A DNA stretch of 63,986 nt, counting the filler, from Perkinsus olseni (lineage: Eukaryota), in assembly GCA_013115125.1 (NCBI GenBank). It is 4 parts of 4 records of this genome, joined end to end, with 100 filler letters (N's around TTAATTAATTAA, not from the genome) between each part and the next. Parts side by side here need not be neighbours in the genome. Positions count along the whole stretch, not along the records: positions 35,074 to 52,488 come from JABANN010000648.1; positions 52,589 to 63,986 come from JABANN010000831.1; 2 more parts are not named here. One strand, given 5' to 3'. Position numbers and translations under genes: made by a program. The notes beneath the pieces are model-generated. The model ran no database searches and was not told the DNA's origin. It was given only the letters and a program-made list of their open reading frames with translations. Positions 48,714 to 61,600 of this stretch are shown piece by piece. The stretch's first letter is position 1. Every line of letters starts with the position of its first letter.

Positions 48714-50139
48714 TATCGGACCAGAGAAAGCTCTGGTTCAGTGGTGGCAATACTTAGTCTTGCTGGTTTGGAAGATTCTCGAATAGACACCCGAGCACCA
48801 ACAATGGAGTGGAATCAGCCAACGCGAAGATCGAGGGAGTACTACTCCCGGAGTAGTCATACGGGAAAAACAGCTTATCATAAGCTAGAGGTGCTGACTA
48901 AGTCGAGCACCTCTCGACTTTCCACACCAAAGTCGAGTCGACTTTGGGCACACGGTAGCAAAGAAGTTGTTGCCTACGTTCATCGGAGATGCAAACCCCA
49001 ATGTGTTCGGCGAACAGTTCAGCTACAGGAAATTCAAGTCGCACACGGAGCTTGAAGTGGGGTCCCCACTGTGGGGAAGGTGTATTTCGGGAAGGCCTCC
49101 GATTGGGAGCAAAGCGATCCACTTCCCTGCGAACTGGACTTCCTGAATTCTTCTCTTGTGGTCACGGTGTCTCCGGGGTCGACAAGGAGTACCTGAGCGA
49201 CAACAACGTGAACCGGTCCGGATCAACGGTTGAACCAGTCTGGTTCACGTTCTTGAACTTCAACCAGTTCCTAAGACTTGTTCAGGGCGAGAGAGTGGTC
49301 GACCTTTCTGAGGACTCAAGGGCATATGTAGGAGACTATACGCAACCAGCCTCCTCGGAAAGCTGTCGAAACTGGAGGCAAACTAGTGGCTCTGAGCAGC
49401 TTGCCCATGCGCGGGTTCCCTCAAGCCTTGAGGCTCAAGGATAAGGTTTGTTATCATCAAATCGCAATAGCTTCAAAGTTCGTTGCCATTTTGGCTCAAG
49501 GTCTCAGACTGAAACTCTCAGTGTACGCTTGGTTGACGCAACTTTCCAGCTAGGACGGGTCGTGTTGACTCCAGTGATCATCAGAAGGCATCGAGCAGCA
49601 ACACAAGACTCGTACGGTACAAGCCTTGCGTGACCACTGGTCATTGACCAGCTCCGGGGTCAGTTTTACTGCGGGGTGGCTTGCATAGCAAGCTCCGACT
49701 CGGAGACTCCGAGTCTTGCGCGAAGCTGTCGCAACTCGCGATCGAGTCGAAGCTCGATTTTCGAGCAATCATGGCGGGGTCACCCTGTGTTACTTGGATC
49801 TCGTGAAGACTATACGCTCGTGAAAATCACGCGAAGTGCATGGTTGAAATTATGCGATCCACTAGTAACAGGTGAGAGTATAGTCGCCCTCCTTGGGGAG
49901 CCCATAGCCTTCACATGTATGCAAAACAAAACATGTAAAGGTCAATGATTGGACGACATTTTCAGCACACATCACTCAACTCGTAAGCGCGCTCAATTGA
50001 CAGACATCATGCTAAGATAGCCGTTAGAACGCGTTTGAGACGCTTCCTCGATTCTCACATACTGCACTGCAGGATTTGCAGCGCAAGAAGCCGCAGACAT
50101 CGCAGGAAAGCATTCAAATCCTCAATGGAAAAGCCTTCT

Positions 50140-51111
50140 TCAACTTTTTCGCGGTCTAAACTGAATGTTGAATTCGGGAGGCAGATCGAGATCCCATTTC
50201 CTCAAGTCCGGGCCACTGAGGTGTCTCCTTTCATGCTCTCTCACATTGCATAAAGCTCTTGTATTATAACCGCGTGGTTTCCTCAAACCCATCAATCGTA
50301 GAATTCCAGCAAAAAGGCCTTTATCCCTGCCTCTGACCTTTTTGAGAATCAGGAAAGTATTTCGGCTCTCCGGAACTCTCTCCACTCTTTTCACGAGAGC
50401 GAATACACCGTTGCATATTGGGTGGAATATTACTCTACGATTCATCCCCACACCCTCTTCAACAGTGAGATCAGCGTCTATCAGCTCACCCCGACGGAAA
50501 GCCAACTGGAGAGTTCTCTCTTTACGACTACCCGCGTAGATTCCATCCAGTACGGAATGATTTGAGGTGGACTGAAGCGCCGAGAAACCGTTGGCGCATA
50601 TCTGTTCTATTTCCTCCCGGACAGACTGCGGAACCTCTTCTCTTACAGGCGGGCCACCACTATGAAAAGAAGATTCAATCAGTGTGATATTCTCGAAACA
50701 ACGGCCGTGCCTAGCGACGTCAGCCTCGTACTCCAAAGTCTCGCCATATTGTAGTCGAAAAAGTTTAGCTTTGGCAACCCTCTCATTGTAGTAGTCCCAC
50801 ACGTTGAAGGGGTAGTAATCGTACACTATTAGGTTGCTCTTCATTGCTTTGGCGTCTCGGCTCCGTGCCGCTTCCAGGAATCTCCCTTTGAATTGGCTGA
50901 GGCCAAGTTGTTGTGCATCATGGAGGTCAGTAACCGCGCCCCAATCTCGCGGCATCACAAGATACTCCACGTCTTCGCGAACTTGAGCGTACAGGACTTC
51001 ACCTTCTCTGTAAACCACGGTGGTGGAAGGGTGTACCACTGGTACACCGTGATACAGTACCAGTAGGCGTCCAAAGAAGGCGGTCAGGAGAGAAGACTTC
51101 GAAAGTGCCAT
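50140..51111 (-). CDS. Intronless hypothetical protein (~323 aa), possibly secreted
   Basis: Long uninterrupted ORF, ATG at 51111, hydrophobic N-terminus (SLLTAFFGRLLVLYHGV). No family recognised. Confidence 0.6.
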   Translation of the reverse strand: MALSKSSLLTAFFGRLLVLYHGVPVVHPSTTVVYREGEVLYAQVREDVEYLVMPRDWGAVTDLHDAQQLGLSQFKGRFLEAARSRDAKAMKSNLIVYDYYPFNVWDYYNERVAKAKLFRLQYGETLEYEADVARHGRCFENITLIESSFHSGGPPVREEVPQSVREEIEQICANGFSALQSTSNHSVLDGIYAGSRKERTLQLAFRRGELIDADLTVEEGVGMNRRVIFHPICNGVFALVKRVERVPESRNTFLILKKVRGRDKGLFAGILRLMGLRKPRGYNTRALCNVREHERRHLSGPDLRKWDLDLPPEFNIQFRPRKS

Positions 51112-52161
51112 AACCCGGAGCGGCTGAAACAACTCACTTCAAAAAAGGTGGCGGCTGTAACCAAGGTGGCCCACAGAGCTGCCGCTCATCTATACAAGCT
51201 AAGATATGATTCTACACGAGACTGAACACAGGGAATGCCGCAGCAAAGCCCTGAGTTTCTTGTAGCTCGTTCTCGGGACCCTCGAGGAGGGTCACTGAGT
51301 CTGACTCAGGTTGAAAGGCTCCTCGTGGCCATGAAAGAGTTCAGTGAGCTCGAGGAAGTCAAAGCGAGTGAGGTAGTCATCACGCGTTTGTCAAGGTTTC
51401 ATCGTTCGCAGGGCTGCCTAGCAGGTCACCTGCTGCAGGTGGGGCCTAGAAAATTCCTAGTAGGAATCGCACGTGCTGACTCCCAATTGTACTAGCGAGG
51501 GAAGAGTCCAGCGCTCGAATGTCGGATGTCGCACGCCTTCGGAATCCGTATGCACCGAGGGCGTTCGCTGAGCGAACTTCGCTTAACGCTTCCACAAACT
51601 TTGTCGTTTAACGACAATTCCTCGTCTCCTCGGAGCCCTGCTGGGCCTACGTAGAGTCTGCCTGTACAGTATGTGAATCCAGAAGAGATCCTTCAGTGAA
51701 GAATCCCTCCTGGGTGACTCGATTCGGGATCGGATCCCGGGGATCCCGCTGCGATTTTACGCTCGTCAAGATTGGCGTTTTTGATTTGTTGCAATCTGCT
51801 CGTCCCGAGCGGCTTGTGACTAGAATTTTTTGGAGCATCGCGACCATTTCTTCAAACTTGATTTCAACTATTGAGAACTCAACTTGATTATCCTAGAAAA
51901 TGATGTTTCGAATGAATTGTGCACTTTAAGTTACGAAAAGCGCGAGATGAAAAAGAACGAAGCAATGGGTCTACGCCAGGGTCCGGGTTGGCGACAAACG
52001 CCTTATGGATCAGGGTCCGTTCTGACCCGAGGTCAACAGTCGAGGCTGTCTAGTCAACAGAGCACAAGACCCACCACCATACCCTAGGTGCTCACCGATT
52101 CACATTCGATTATCCGGGCTAGGCCTGGCCGAACACTGCAGCCGAGTGATAAGCTTACTGG

Positions 52162-52488
52162 TCATATGAGTTTGTAGACATCATACCCATTTGACACAGT
52201 CGGTACATAAAGGGACTTGTAGGTGGACACTATGAGGGAGTCATTCAAGAGCCGACCGTCGTAATAACCGATGGAATCTATGACTATCTCGCTGCACTCT
52301 CTTACCAGCGTTAAAATATACCTAGCGTGGTTCTGATCGATGTAGTATCCGCAATCGTATTCACCTCTCGGCAGACGGCCTTGGATAGAGGTCATGAAAA
52401 CCCTGCCACCCTGCTCCCGGGTGAAGTGGAAACTCAGAATGGCTGCCTTCCCCTTAGAGGCGTGCAGCGTATATGTCTTATCGATAGG
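52162..52488 (-). CDS. 3' part of a hypothetical protein truncated by contig end
   Basis: Frame open from the contig edge (PIDKTYTLHASKG...LPRGEYDCGYYIDQ...YKLI*). Confidence 0.45.
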   Translation of the reverse strand, partial: PIDKTYTLHASKGKAAILSFHFTREQGGRVFMTSIQGRLPRGEYDCGYYIDQNHARYILTLVRECSEIVIDSIGYYDGRLLNDSLIVSTYKSLYVPTVSNGYDVYKLI

Positions 52489-52588
52489 NNNNNNNNNNNN
52501 NNNNNNNNNNNNNNNNNNNNNNNNNNNNNNNNTTAATTAATTAANNNNNNNNNNNNNNNNNNNNNNNNNNNNNNNNNNNNNNNNNNNN
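52489..52588. other. Artificial contig linker
   Basis: N44-TTAATTAATTAA-N44. Confidence 0.98.
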
Positions 52589-52828
52589 TCCCCATATGTT
52601 CCCTCCCAATCGCGATCGCGCGCGCCTCGCTTTAAACTCGCCCAATAAATTGACCGGTCAAGGAACGCATTTAGTGGCGCGCGAAAATTATCAGCATCAG
52701 TGACGATGAAAGATCCCGGGTTCAAATCGCGGGAGGTGCATTTTCTCAAGAAGGAATCCTGCTAGGCTAAAAGTCGTCCCTTCCAAAACACAATCATCAG
52801 TTTGTATATTCATAATTTATTATCAAGC

Positions 52829-55471
52829 ATGGCAGAGAAGACCTGCGTCGTAGTCGGTGCCGGTGTAGTCGGGTTGGCCATCACTCGCGCTCTTGCAAGA
52901 TGTGCTGCTACTCAAGTAAGAAGTTCGCGGATTTATGGTATAACGTTTTCATACTAGTAATAAAATCATACTCGTTCACCACGGACAAAAACTCTTGTCA
53001 AACCCCGAAAGGTAGTTGGACTCACTATCAGCTTTTTGGGAACTAAAAATATGTATAAATGCTCCGTTCGTGCCGCAAAAGCTCTTAAAGAAGCGCTTCA
53101 CTCGTAGGCTTGTCGATAGCACGATCGTTCAACAAGCATGCTGTTCTGCTTGGTGGATGCTGATGCTCTCTCTTCCCCTAGGTCATATGCATTGATAAGC
53201 ACTCACGGTTCGGTGAGGAGACCAGCAGTCGCAACAGCGAAGTCCTCCATCAAGGTAGACATAGTCGAATGACATCCACCTATCAAGACTGGCCTAGGTA
53301 TTTATTACAAGAAAGATTCCCTCAAGGCCAGGACGTGTGTCCGGGGTGCACGATTGATGGAGAGCTTCATCCACCAGCACAACATCACCACACTTCCATG
53401 CGGTACTAACGGGCAGACCCTCCACAGCTTCGGGCCATCTCCCGTCCCGGCGGCGTCTTAGACTCGACAGAGGTCTCCTGACTATCCCGGATTTTTTCTC
53501 CGCCCGTTCCGTAAACTGAGGATTTTCAATAGACAGCCTCTCCTGAATTGCAGGTGCGCTCTCAGGATTGAATTTGTCGTGTAAAGACGAACCTGGGGGG
53601 CGCTTACGGAACTAAGTAGAGATCTGTTGAACAGCCGAACTAATTTTGAAACTCGGGATTCATTTTTCCACGAGTATTGGTCTATTGAGTAGTTCATCAT
53701 CATTCTGGTAGGTGCGTATATCGTGGCGCGTGACAGAGAGCAGCTCGGTGAACTCCTCCGTAAAGCACGAGTGAACGGTGCCAGAGACGTCGACTGGGCC
53801 CCGTCCCTGCCTGAGGGGGTGAGAATGCCCCAAGTCTTGCCCGAATTCTGATCGGTGCCCTCGCAGGTCCCTCCCGATTTCTCCGCCCTTTGGAGCGCCA
53901 ACACTTCTATTTTCGACTCCCATGGTGTCATGGAGGCCTTACGAGACGACGCAGAAGAGCACGGCGCTATGATTGCCACTGATAACAAAGTGACTAGTAA
54001 GAATAGTAGTACTAGTATATGCTGCATAAAGATCGTGCACTGAATCAGCGTAGTGTCAGCGTGTTCAGTAGTCCAAATGTTATCACCATTATTGCTTGTT
54101 GTTCTCTCTGCCCGTCGTCCGATGCGCATGTGCTCTAGTTGATAGAAGTAGTCCTTGCCGGTGGCGTCCCATCAGGTGTATCTTACTCCGAGGCTGCTGC
54201 CTCCAGTGGTGAGCCTCCCTTCACTTTACTACTCAATGGTGGGGAGGACTCCATGCCCTGCGATATCCTGATCAACGCCGCTGGTCTGCATGCTACTCAT
54301 TTTTCTAAACTATGGCTCGAGGACAGCGACACTGTCCACATTCCCACCACCAGGTCCGTCTTCCCTCGTCTGCCGTCTAACCACGCTGATTGGTTCCTTC
54401 AGGTTCGTTAAGGGTAATTATTTCAAACTGAAGAGCGGTATCAAGTTCCCATTCAAGAGCTTGGTCTACCCCCAGCCAACAGCGACTGGACTCGGTAATA
54501 CCGCCCCCCCCCTCCATCTAGTGAGGACGCCTCTCTCCTCAGGCACACACTGCACCCTCAGCCTCGATGGCAAGGCTTTGAAATTCGGTCCTAATGGGGA
54601 ATGGCTGGCGGATGATGTCGATTTGGGTGAGTTGTGGTACTTGTCTGGTGGTCTTATATATATTGACTTTGATCTTGTCCGATATTACCGAGAGGCTAAT
54701 GTGGTTCATTATCATACTTTATTAATAGTTGTGGAGCGAGCGGAGCATCTCCTGTCACTTGTGTGTTTTTCCGTGCGTGGGTTCGTTCAAATTGTTGCTC
54801 GACGACTATGTTGACTGAACTCGCGGGATGCGCACCATTCGGGAGCGCGCGGTCTGTGTATTCTACAAAAATACGAATTGGTTATCATTCACATTCTACC
54901 AGCCAAAATCGTTGTGCGCTGTGGTAGATGGTCCCGAAAAAATACAGAGAAAAGCCCGCGCTAGGGTTCGAACCGGGGAAGGTTGTGTCGAGCTCCGCTT
55001 TTTCGTTATGAAGGTCTAGTGGTATGATCTCCCCTCGAAATAGGATTGATCAACAGAATTTAGCACTTCCATAATATATCTAGTATAATAAGGGGACGTC
55101 ATAGCATAAGTCGATTGTCATCAGATGACTTCAAAACTTATCAAGTTGACCCGGCCATGGCCGATGAGTTTTACGACAGCATCCGAGACTACTGGCCTGA
55201 CCTCCCGGATGACTCCCTTGAGCCCGACTACTCCGGCATTCGACCAAAAATCGGCGAAGGCGATTTCGTTATCGACGATCATGGTTACACTGGAAAGCAC
55301 GTGTCACTGTGAGTGTCTCGACAAGTTTCACTGCGCCACGAAATTGCCCCGGCTTCGGTTAGATACGGCATAGAGTCCCCCGGCTTGACTGCTTCATTGG
55401 CCATTGCCGAGGAGGTATTGGATAAGTTGGGGATGAAAACAGAAGAGCCTCTGCCCGAGACTGTCGAGTGA
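52829..55471 (+). CDS. L2HGDH: L-2-hydroxyglutarate dehydrogenase (FAD-dependent oxidoreductase), multi-exon
   Basis: [11 protein letters not shown] (GxGxxG), [77 protein letters not shown]. Confidence 0.92.
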
Positions 55472-55795
55472 ATGCCGTCTTTTGTTGATCTTCCTTTTGA
55501 TGTGTTTCTACCGTGATAATGATGATGGTGGTTGTCGTTGTTGTTATTCAGTAAAGTGAATCTGCTGAGAATCTTGTGGCCAAAATCATATGATCAGTAA
55601 CACTCGTGTGCGACAGGGGTCTCACTCTTCAATTGCTGATGTATCCAATCGACGTACCAAGAGTTCACTCGCTAGTACAGCCGGACAGTCTACGTTGCGG
55701 AGCTGCTATTCAATTCGCTCGATGAACACCTAACTTACCGAACAACGGTCCGTCCAATAAGGGAAACAAATAAGCCGGAAATAAATAAAAGAATA

Positions 55796-58196
55796 TCATT
55801 CGTCATGCATGACAACTTGAGTGGGCCATGATCCGAACTTGTCATTCCATTGGACATACTCCTCAAGCCTAGCCTCACTTGCATGGCTATGAGTCAGGGC
55901 ATCCTCGAGATCTGCCTCAACCAGCGGTCTGGGACTGAGGGCAGGAGGGTCTGCATCTCCCTCTGTCGATGATGCTAACTTAGACAATGTTTCCCGAATG
56001 GGAATCTAAAAGATTCATCATGAGCATGGTTCGAGTTTAGAAGCTGATACCATCGCAGCCGCACACATCAGCTGTTTGATGTCACTTCCCGAGTACCCCT
56101 CGGTACTGCTGGACAAACGGTCGATCGCTCCATCGTCTACACTGCTCGGCAGCCCTCCAGTCGACACCATACTGGAATGATGAAGTTGTAGAAGCCTTGT
56201 GATGAGGTACCTCCGGGCCTCCATGCCGGGCAGGGGGGTGTATCTGCTCACCCCGGTGTAACCCTCACGGTGGCTGCTGCAGCAGCAGGAGGAAAAGCAG
56301 TTATTCTCATCAGAATAGTTGTTGACGGAAGCGCAGCTGCAACGGTTTCAAATGCTATTATGATAAAATAAAATTTCATGAATATAACGTACTATCAAAG
56401 TCGATGTATTGTTACATGCAATTACATAATTTGCAGCATGAAAGAGTATTCAGGAGGCGCTCTTGAAACTAAGGAGAGGCGGTCTATTGAATACCGAGAA
56501 TTCATTCTCTTCACTTTGTAAAGTTAACCCTTCACACAGTAATACCTAGTAACAACCAAGTTCTAACCCTCCCAAGACCAACCCCTTACAGCTTCTTCGG
56601 GAAGCGTCTCAATGCGGCGGCGTCGATCTGCCACGGAAGGTTGGTCGCCCCCAGGAACAATATTCGAGACTCGGGTTTGCTGGTGACACCATCGAGGGCG
56701 GCCAGGAACTCATTCTTCAACCGTCGTGTCGATTCATGATCACCCTCGGATCTTGCTCCGAGGATACTGTCTATCTGATCACACCCGATGAGACTGCCGG
56801 CCCGACCAATGGCAGAGGAAAATTAATCGAACGATAAGCATCCTCGCATGCCGCGATCCCTGAGCCCCTGGATGATGAAGGCTCTCGTCTCACCTCGTCT
56901 ATGAAGATAACTGTGGGTTGGTAATGATCGGCCACTTGGAACAAAGTGTTGACCATCTTCTCGCTCTCTCCGATCCACTTCGAGAAGAGTGTCGACGCAG
57001 ATACGTTAATGAAGGTGGCATTGACCTTAGAGGCTATCCATCTCCCCAACATGGTCTTACCGGTGCCTGACAGAATGAGCCAGTGCGTGGTGAGGAGTCG
57101 TATCAGTCAAAGACGAGAAGTGGGCAGCACTGCTGCGGACGATCGGAGGGACCCACCAGGCGGTCCGAAGAGTAGGATGCCTCTTGGAGGCCTCGTCAAG
57201 GGGGACGCGAAGAGCTGTGGAAATCTCTGTGGCATTATGAGCACCTCCGTGATTGTCTGTTTGGCAAACTTCAACCCTGACAGCGATGCTATCAGGTTTG
57301 GACCGTCCAGCGCGCTCACCGGCGATGTCGTCGTCTCGGACCATGGTAGCTTCCGAAGGGCTCACTCGGAGGGCCTCGATCGCTTCAACCATCTCAGGCT
57401 GTAAATGGTCAAGTGATGTGCCTGATACGATATTGTCACTGCAGCAACGTAGTGGATTTTGACTGTATTCTGATAGTGAATTGTGGTGACACGGAGGAAG
57501 GCTGTTGACCATCGTGTAACCATGCATACCACTCGCTGCGGAAACACCGTAGAATTGAACGATAGGGCAGCCTTGCTCCGGGCCGAGAGTGATGCTGCTT
57601 GTCAGAAGACCCTACTTTTCTCGCTCTCCTCTACTTCATCCTTCACGGACTTCAACCTAATCAGACAGGAGTCGTGTCGATACCCCACCCAACGAGACCC
57701 ACCCTTTCCGCAGCTGTCCGCCCCTTGTCCTCCCCCGAGCTACGCTCGAAAGGATACCGTTGATGGGTCTCTTGTCGGTCATGGGCTCGACCCTCTCTGC
57801 TTCTTTCCGTTTACCATGGTTAGTCTCTCTTCTCGTGAGGCTCAGCTCGGACATCAATTCATCACAGATATCATCAACTTCGATTGCCTTCGAGGAAGGC
57901 TCTCCCGTTACCGACACCTGCCAGGATGGTCGCCTCCCATCCCGGCACAGCAAGACTACAATCTGTTGCCACAACAACTTCTCCTTCTCAGCGCGATCGT
58001 CCAGTATGATCTTCTGGTCTATCCACCTCCGCTCCAACACGCATCTCAAATACGCCGCGTCAGCGGGCGAGGCGGCGAGCTGTGGGGCTCCGACCTCCAA
58101 CAGGCTCACGGCCGACTGACGAGAAGGACGTGAATGGAGGCGTCGGGCAAGTGCATCCCACTTGGATGGCCTTCCTCGTAGCCACGCCATCATCAT
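55796..58196 (-). CDS. FIGNL1: Fidgetin-like / spastin-clade AAA+ ATPase, multi-exon
   Basis: GLKFAKQTITEVLIMP, PRGILLFGPPG|TGKT (Walker A), SKWIGESEKMV, VIFIDE|IDS (Walker B), GATNLPWQIDAAALRRF, TEGYSGSDI, C-terminal YVQWNDKFGS. Confidence 0.88.
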
Positions 58197-58683
58197 TACT
58201 CTGCTGTTGGCGCAGATACGCGAGGAGAGATGATAAAACTTCTGTTGTATAGGAATAAGACATTCTACTGCGTGTCTGGATATCAACACTCGACTGGCCA
58301 GCAGGCTTGCCGTGCCTGCATGCCGGCGTCGATTCGGACCGAGCGGTCCAGAACCACATAAGTCGGAGACCCTCCTGCTGTGTCGTGAGGGAGTCGGATC
58401 CCACTCGGGCCGATGCCCGTTCGACTGTTACAACGAAAGCAGCACAGAGGCGGGACTGGGAATCGATTGATTTATGCAAAGTCTTTAACGACAAATTTAT
58501 ACTCATTATTAATACACCGGCCGCCATTAAGACCGGTGGGTGCTTCTTTCACATGCTCTTCGGCCGGGTCGCGATTTATCGATACTTCAACAATTCTACG
58601 GCTACACGACATGGCCCTCGACCGACGTATCTTTAGGTCGACTATGGTCCTCCGCAGAATGCTCGACATTAGTCAAGACCTGA

Positions 58684-61600
58684 TTACACCAGTAGGAAGG
58701 CAGGGGACTCCATCGCTCCGCTCACGTCTCCGAACGCTTCGAAGACCAAACCAGCAGGAAGTGAGAATAAGGCAACCCCGAGGAGGGCTACAACCACACA
58801 GAGACCCTTACCGGCTGGGGAGAAATCTACCATACCCCAATCACCTGAGGGGAAGGGAAGATGAGCGACGGCGGAGACGACCGAGGCGACTACCGCCTAG
58901 GAAGACTGCCGAGTAATACATACTGGACGGTATCGACTCAAAAGGGGAGTCCTCAACAGCAGCACCGGAGGGCGGGTTCTCGAACTCATAGAAAAGGCAG
59001 GAGACGAACAACCACACCTGGAGGGCGAGGCTAGGGCTAGCTCGACGTCGAGGGGCAGCTCACCACAGCTGCGATGACGCCGGTCGAGATGACGGAATCC
59101 TTGCATTCGTACCATACCAATGATAAATGACGCCAGGCTATGAAGAAGTGCTCCAGTAGAAGAATCTGAGGGGCCGTCCGACGACCGAAGTTGAAGCGAA
59201 CTCACCCGGAAGATTCTGAAGACGCGAAAGATACTCGCATCGGCTAGCCCTCCGAGGGAGGGGTCCAGCAAGTAGACGAGGCATTCGACCCAGAAGGGCA
59301 ATATTGATATCACGTCCACCAGGCCGAGGAAGGACTTTATGTACCTCCCCCGTCTACAGCCGACGAGGGGGTTGGCTGGGGCGCTGTAGAGCCTGGCCAA
59401 GTAGTCCACAGTGAAGAGGGTTACCTGAGGGGTAGGTCACAGGGGAGACGAGCGACGCTGCTGCTGACCGATATGAACTCTAAGTAGTCGAAGAAGGCCT
59501 TGCCAATGACGGACAGGATTGCCGCGTCGCTCTCTAGGAGGACAGCGAGGATGTTCAACAGTATAAGCACCATCATCAAACCGCGGTAGAATCGCTCGTG
59601 GTGTATCAGACAGTGGACACGATGAACCAGCGTTCCTGAGGACAACTGTCAACTGCAGCAGGCTGCTTTCAACCTACTTTTGCGCCGCTCCGCCAGCTCC
59701 CTCATCTGCATCAGGCGGGCCTCCATGGCGATGCCTTCGAGCCTCTTCCGCACCATATACCTCCGAACGTGCTTGCCGATGATACCGGCAGCCTCCCTCC
59801 TCCGGGCCCGCTCCCTCTCCCGCCGACTTCGAAGAGCTGTCGTGAAGGCAGCCGCCAGCAGGCCCGCAGGCACCGCCGTGACGCCCACCGCGAGGACAAC
59901 AGCAAAGGCCAGCACGACCTTACCGCTGGCCGTGTAGTCGATGATGGGAAAGTCTCCGGTGAGGTGTACCATAGCGTAAGGGAACGAGGAAGATATCAAC
60001 GACCCATAGCGCACGTCCTGCGGTAAGGGAGGATCCCCAGCCAGCTGCCTGTCGGTGTGCTCAGTGAACCACAGCAGACCACCGAGTGACAGCCATAGGG
60101 CTAGCACTACGTATAGGGCACGGACCAGGCACCTCCGCTGGGCCTTCACGACCCTCAGGAGGAGGGAGCAGGTCGAGGAGAGGAAGTCCAAGTTGAGTAT
60201 CCGACACAACCGTAGTAGTCGGAATTCGCCATCATAGCGATCGGTGAGGGAGGAGTTGGTGGACACTGTTATCCACCAGGGGAGTATGGAGAGCAAATCC
60301 ACGACGGCGAGGAAGGTGGTGGCGTAGGCCCAGCGCATCGAGCTCGGAGTGACGTACCCTCGAGAGGCCCACTTGCCAACACCCAATGGGGCACAGTACA
60401 GCCGCATGCCATAGTCAAGAGTGAAGACCAGAACAGCAGCAGCCTCGCCGATCGACATCAGCGTCCGTGACCAGAGCGGCCAGGACTGGTGGTATGAGGC
60501 GAGTGTTTCTAGTACTGCAACTAGGGTACTGATGGCCAGCCAGAAGCCCAGCCAGTGCTGATAGCAACTCGACCAGTATTGCATCGTAGCTCCTTTGAAG
60601 CAGTCAAGTTTACTCCGGTCGTCCGTCTCTCGAGGGTTGACTATTGCAAAGACTCGACGCTGCAGTGGATAGGTGGTGCGAAGCGCTTCCGAGGTTGCCA
60701 TCATAGCCTGCTTGGAAGTAGCTGCCGCGGCGGGGACGTCCTCATCAAGCAGGGCTTCTAACCTGAGAGAGCTGCAATCGTCTTTGACCGGTCATTTGTC
60801 TGTGTGACCTGTCTTGCATGCCCGTGCCGAGCACTCCCAAGGGGACACCGACTACTCCCACGGCGAAGAGCCCCAAGCCAGCAGTGATGATAGAGCCCAG
60901 GAAAGAGTAGTCGCCCAGAGGAGACTCTCCAGACAGATTGAGGAGAGTCAGCCACAAACTACCATCAAGGGTTGAATAATACCGACCCACCTGAAGGGGA
61001 TCTGCGAGTCCAGGAGGAGATCAGGCCAGCCTCACCTCAGGGTCGATGGCGTATCTTTCGGTGTAGTACATGACCTCCGCTGAGAGCAGCCAAATGCCCA
61101 CAGCCAGCCCTCCAGAGTAGAGCAGCATCGCCCTGTTGTCCCGCAGGATTTGCCGAAAAAAGGCGAATCCCGCTACGTATCGCTCCGCCTTGAAGACTCG
61201 GACCAGCAAGAGCACCCGAAGGTATTCATTCGTCGGCATGAACCACAGGAGCAACCCCGGTAGGACCGCTAGGACGTCTACCAGTCCATAGGCGGTACCG
61301 AAGGCATACTCGCAAAATCTTGCCTGTGCGCGAGGGAATCTTGTCGCTCGGCTGGTATAGAAGATCGTCGAAGTGGCGGCAGAGTGGTTGAACTCAGGCA
61401 TGAGCGGAGCGCAGTAGAGCCTCACTAAAAGCTCCACTGTGAAGACCAGAGTGACGATGACCCCCAGCGGGCCGAGGGCGTAACGGTCCAGTGGTGGTCT
61501 GGTGGGTGGAGGCAGGCCGAGCAGCAGAGTGTGGATGAGGGAGAGCGGTAGCAAGATCCAGCAGGTAATGAACCTGAGAGTCGCACGATTAGCGCTTCGA

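Noticed and set aside
48741-49950. Short ORFs downstream of the Helitron-like end as Rep/helicase
   Set aside because: No HUH or PIF1 Walker motifs visible.
52667-52740. Functional tRNA gene
   Set aside because: D-arm and anticodon stem do not pair; kept only as a degenerate tRNA-like element.
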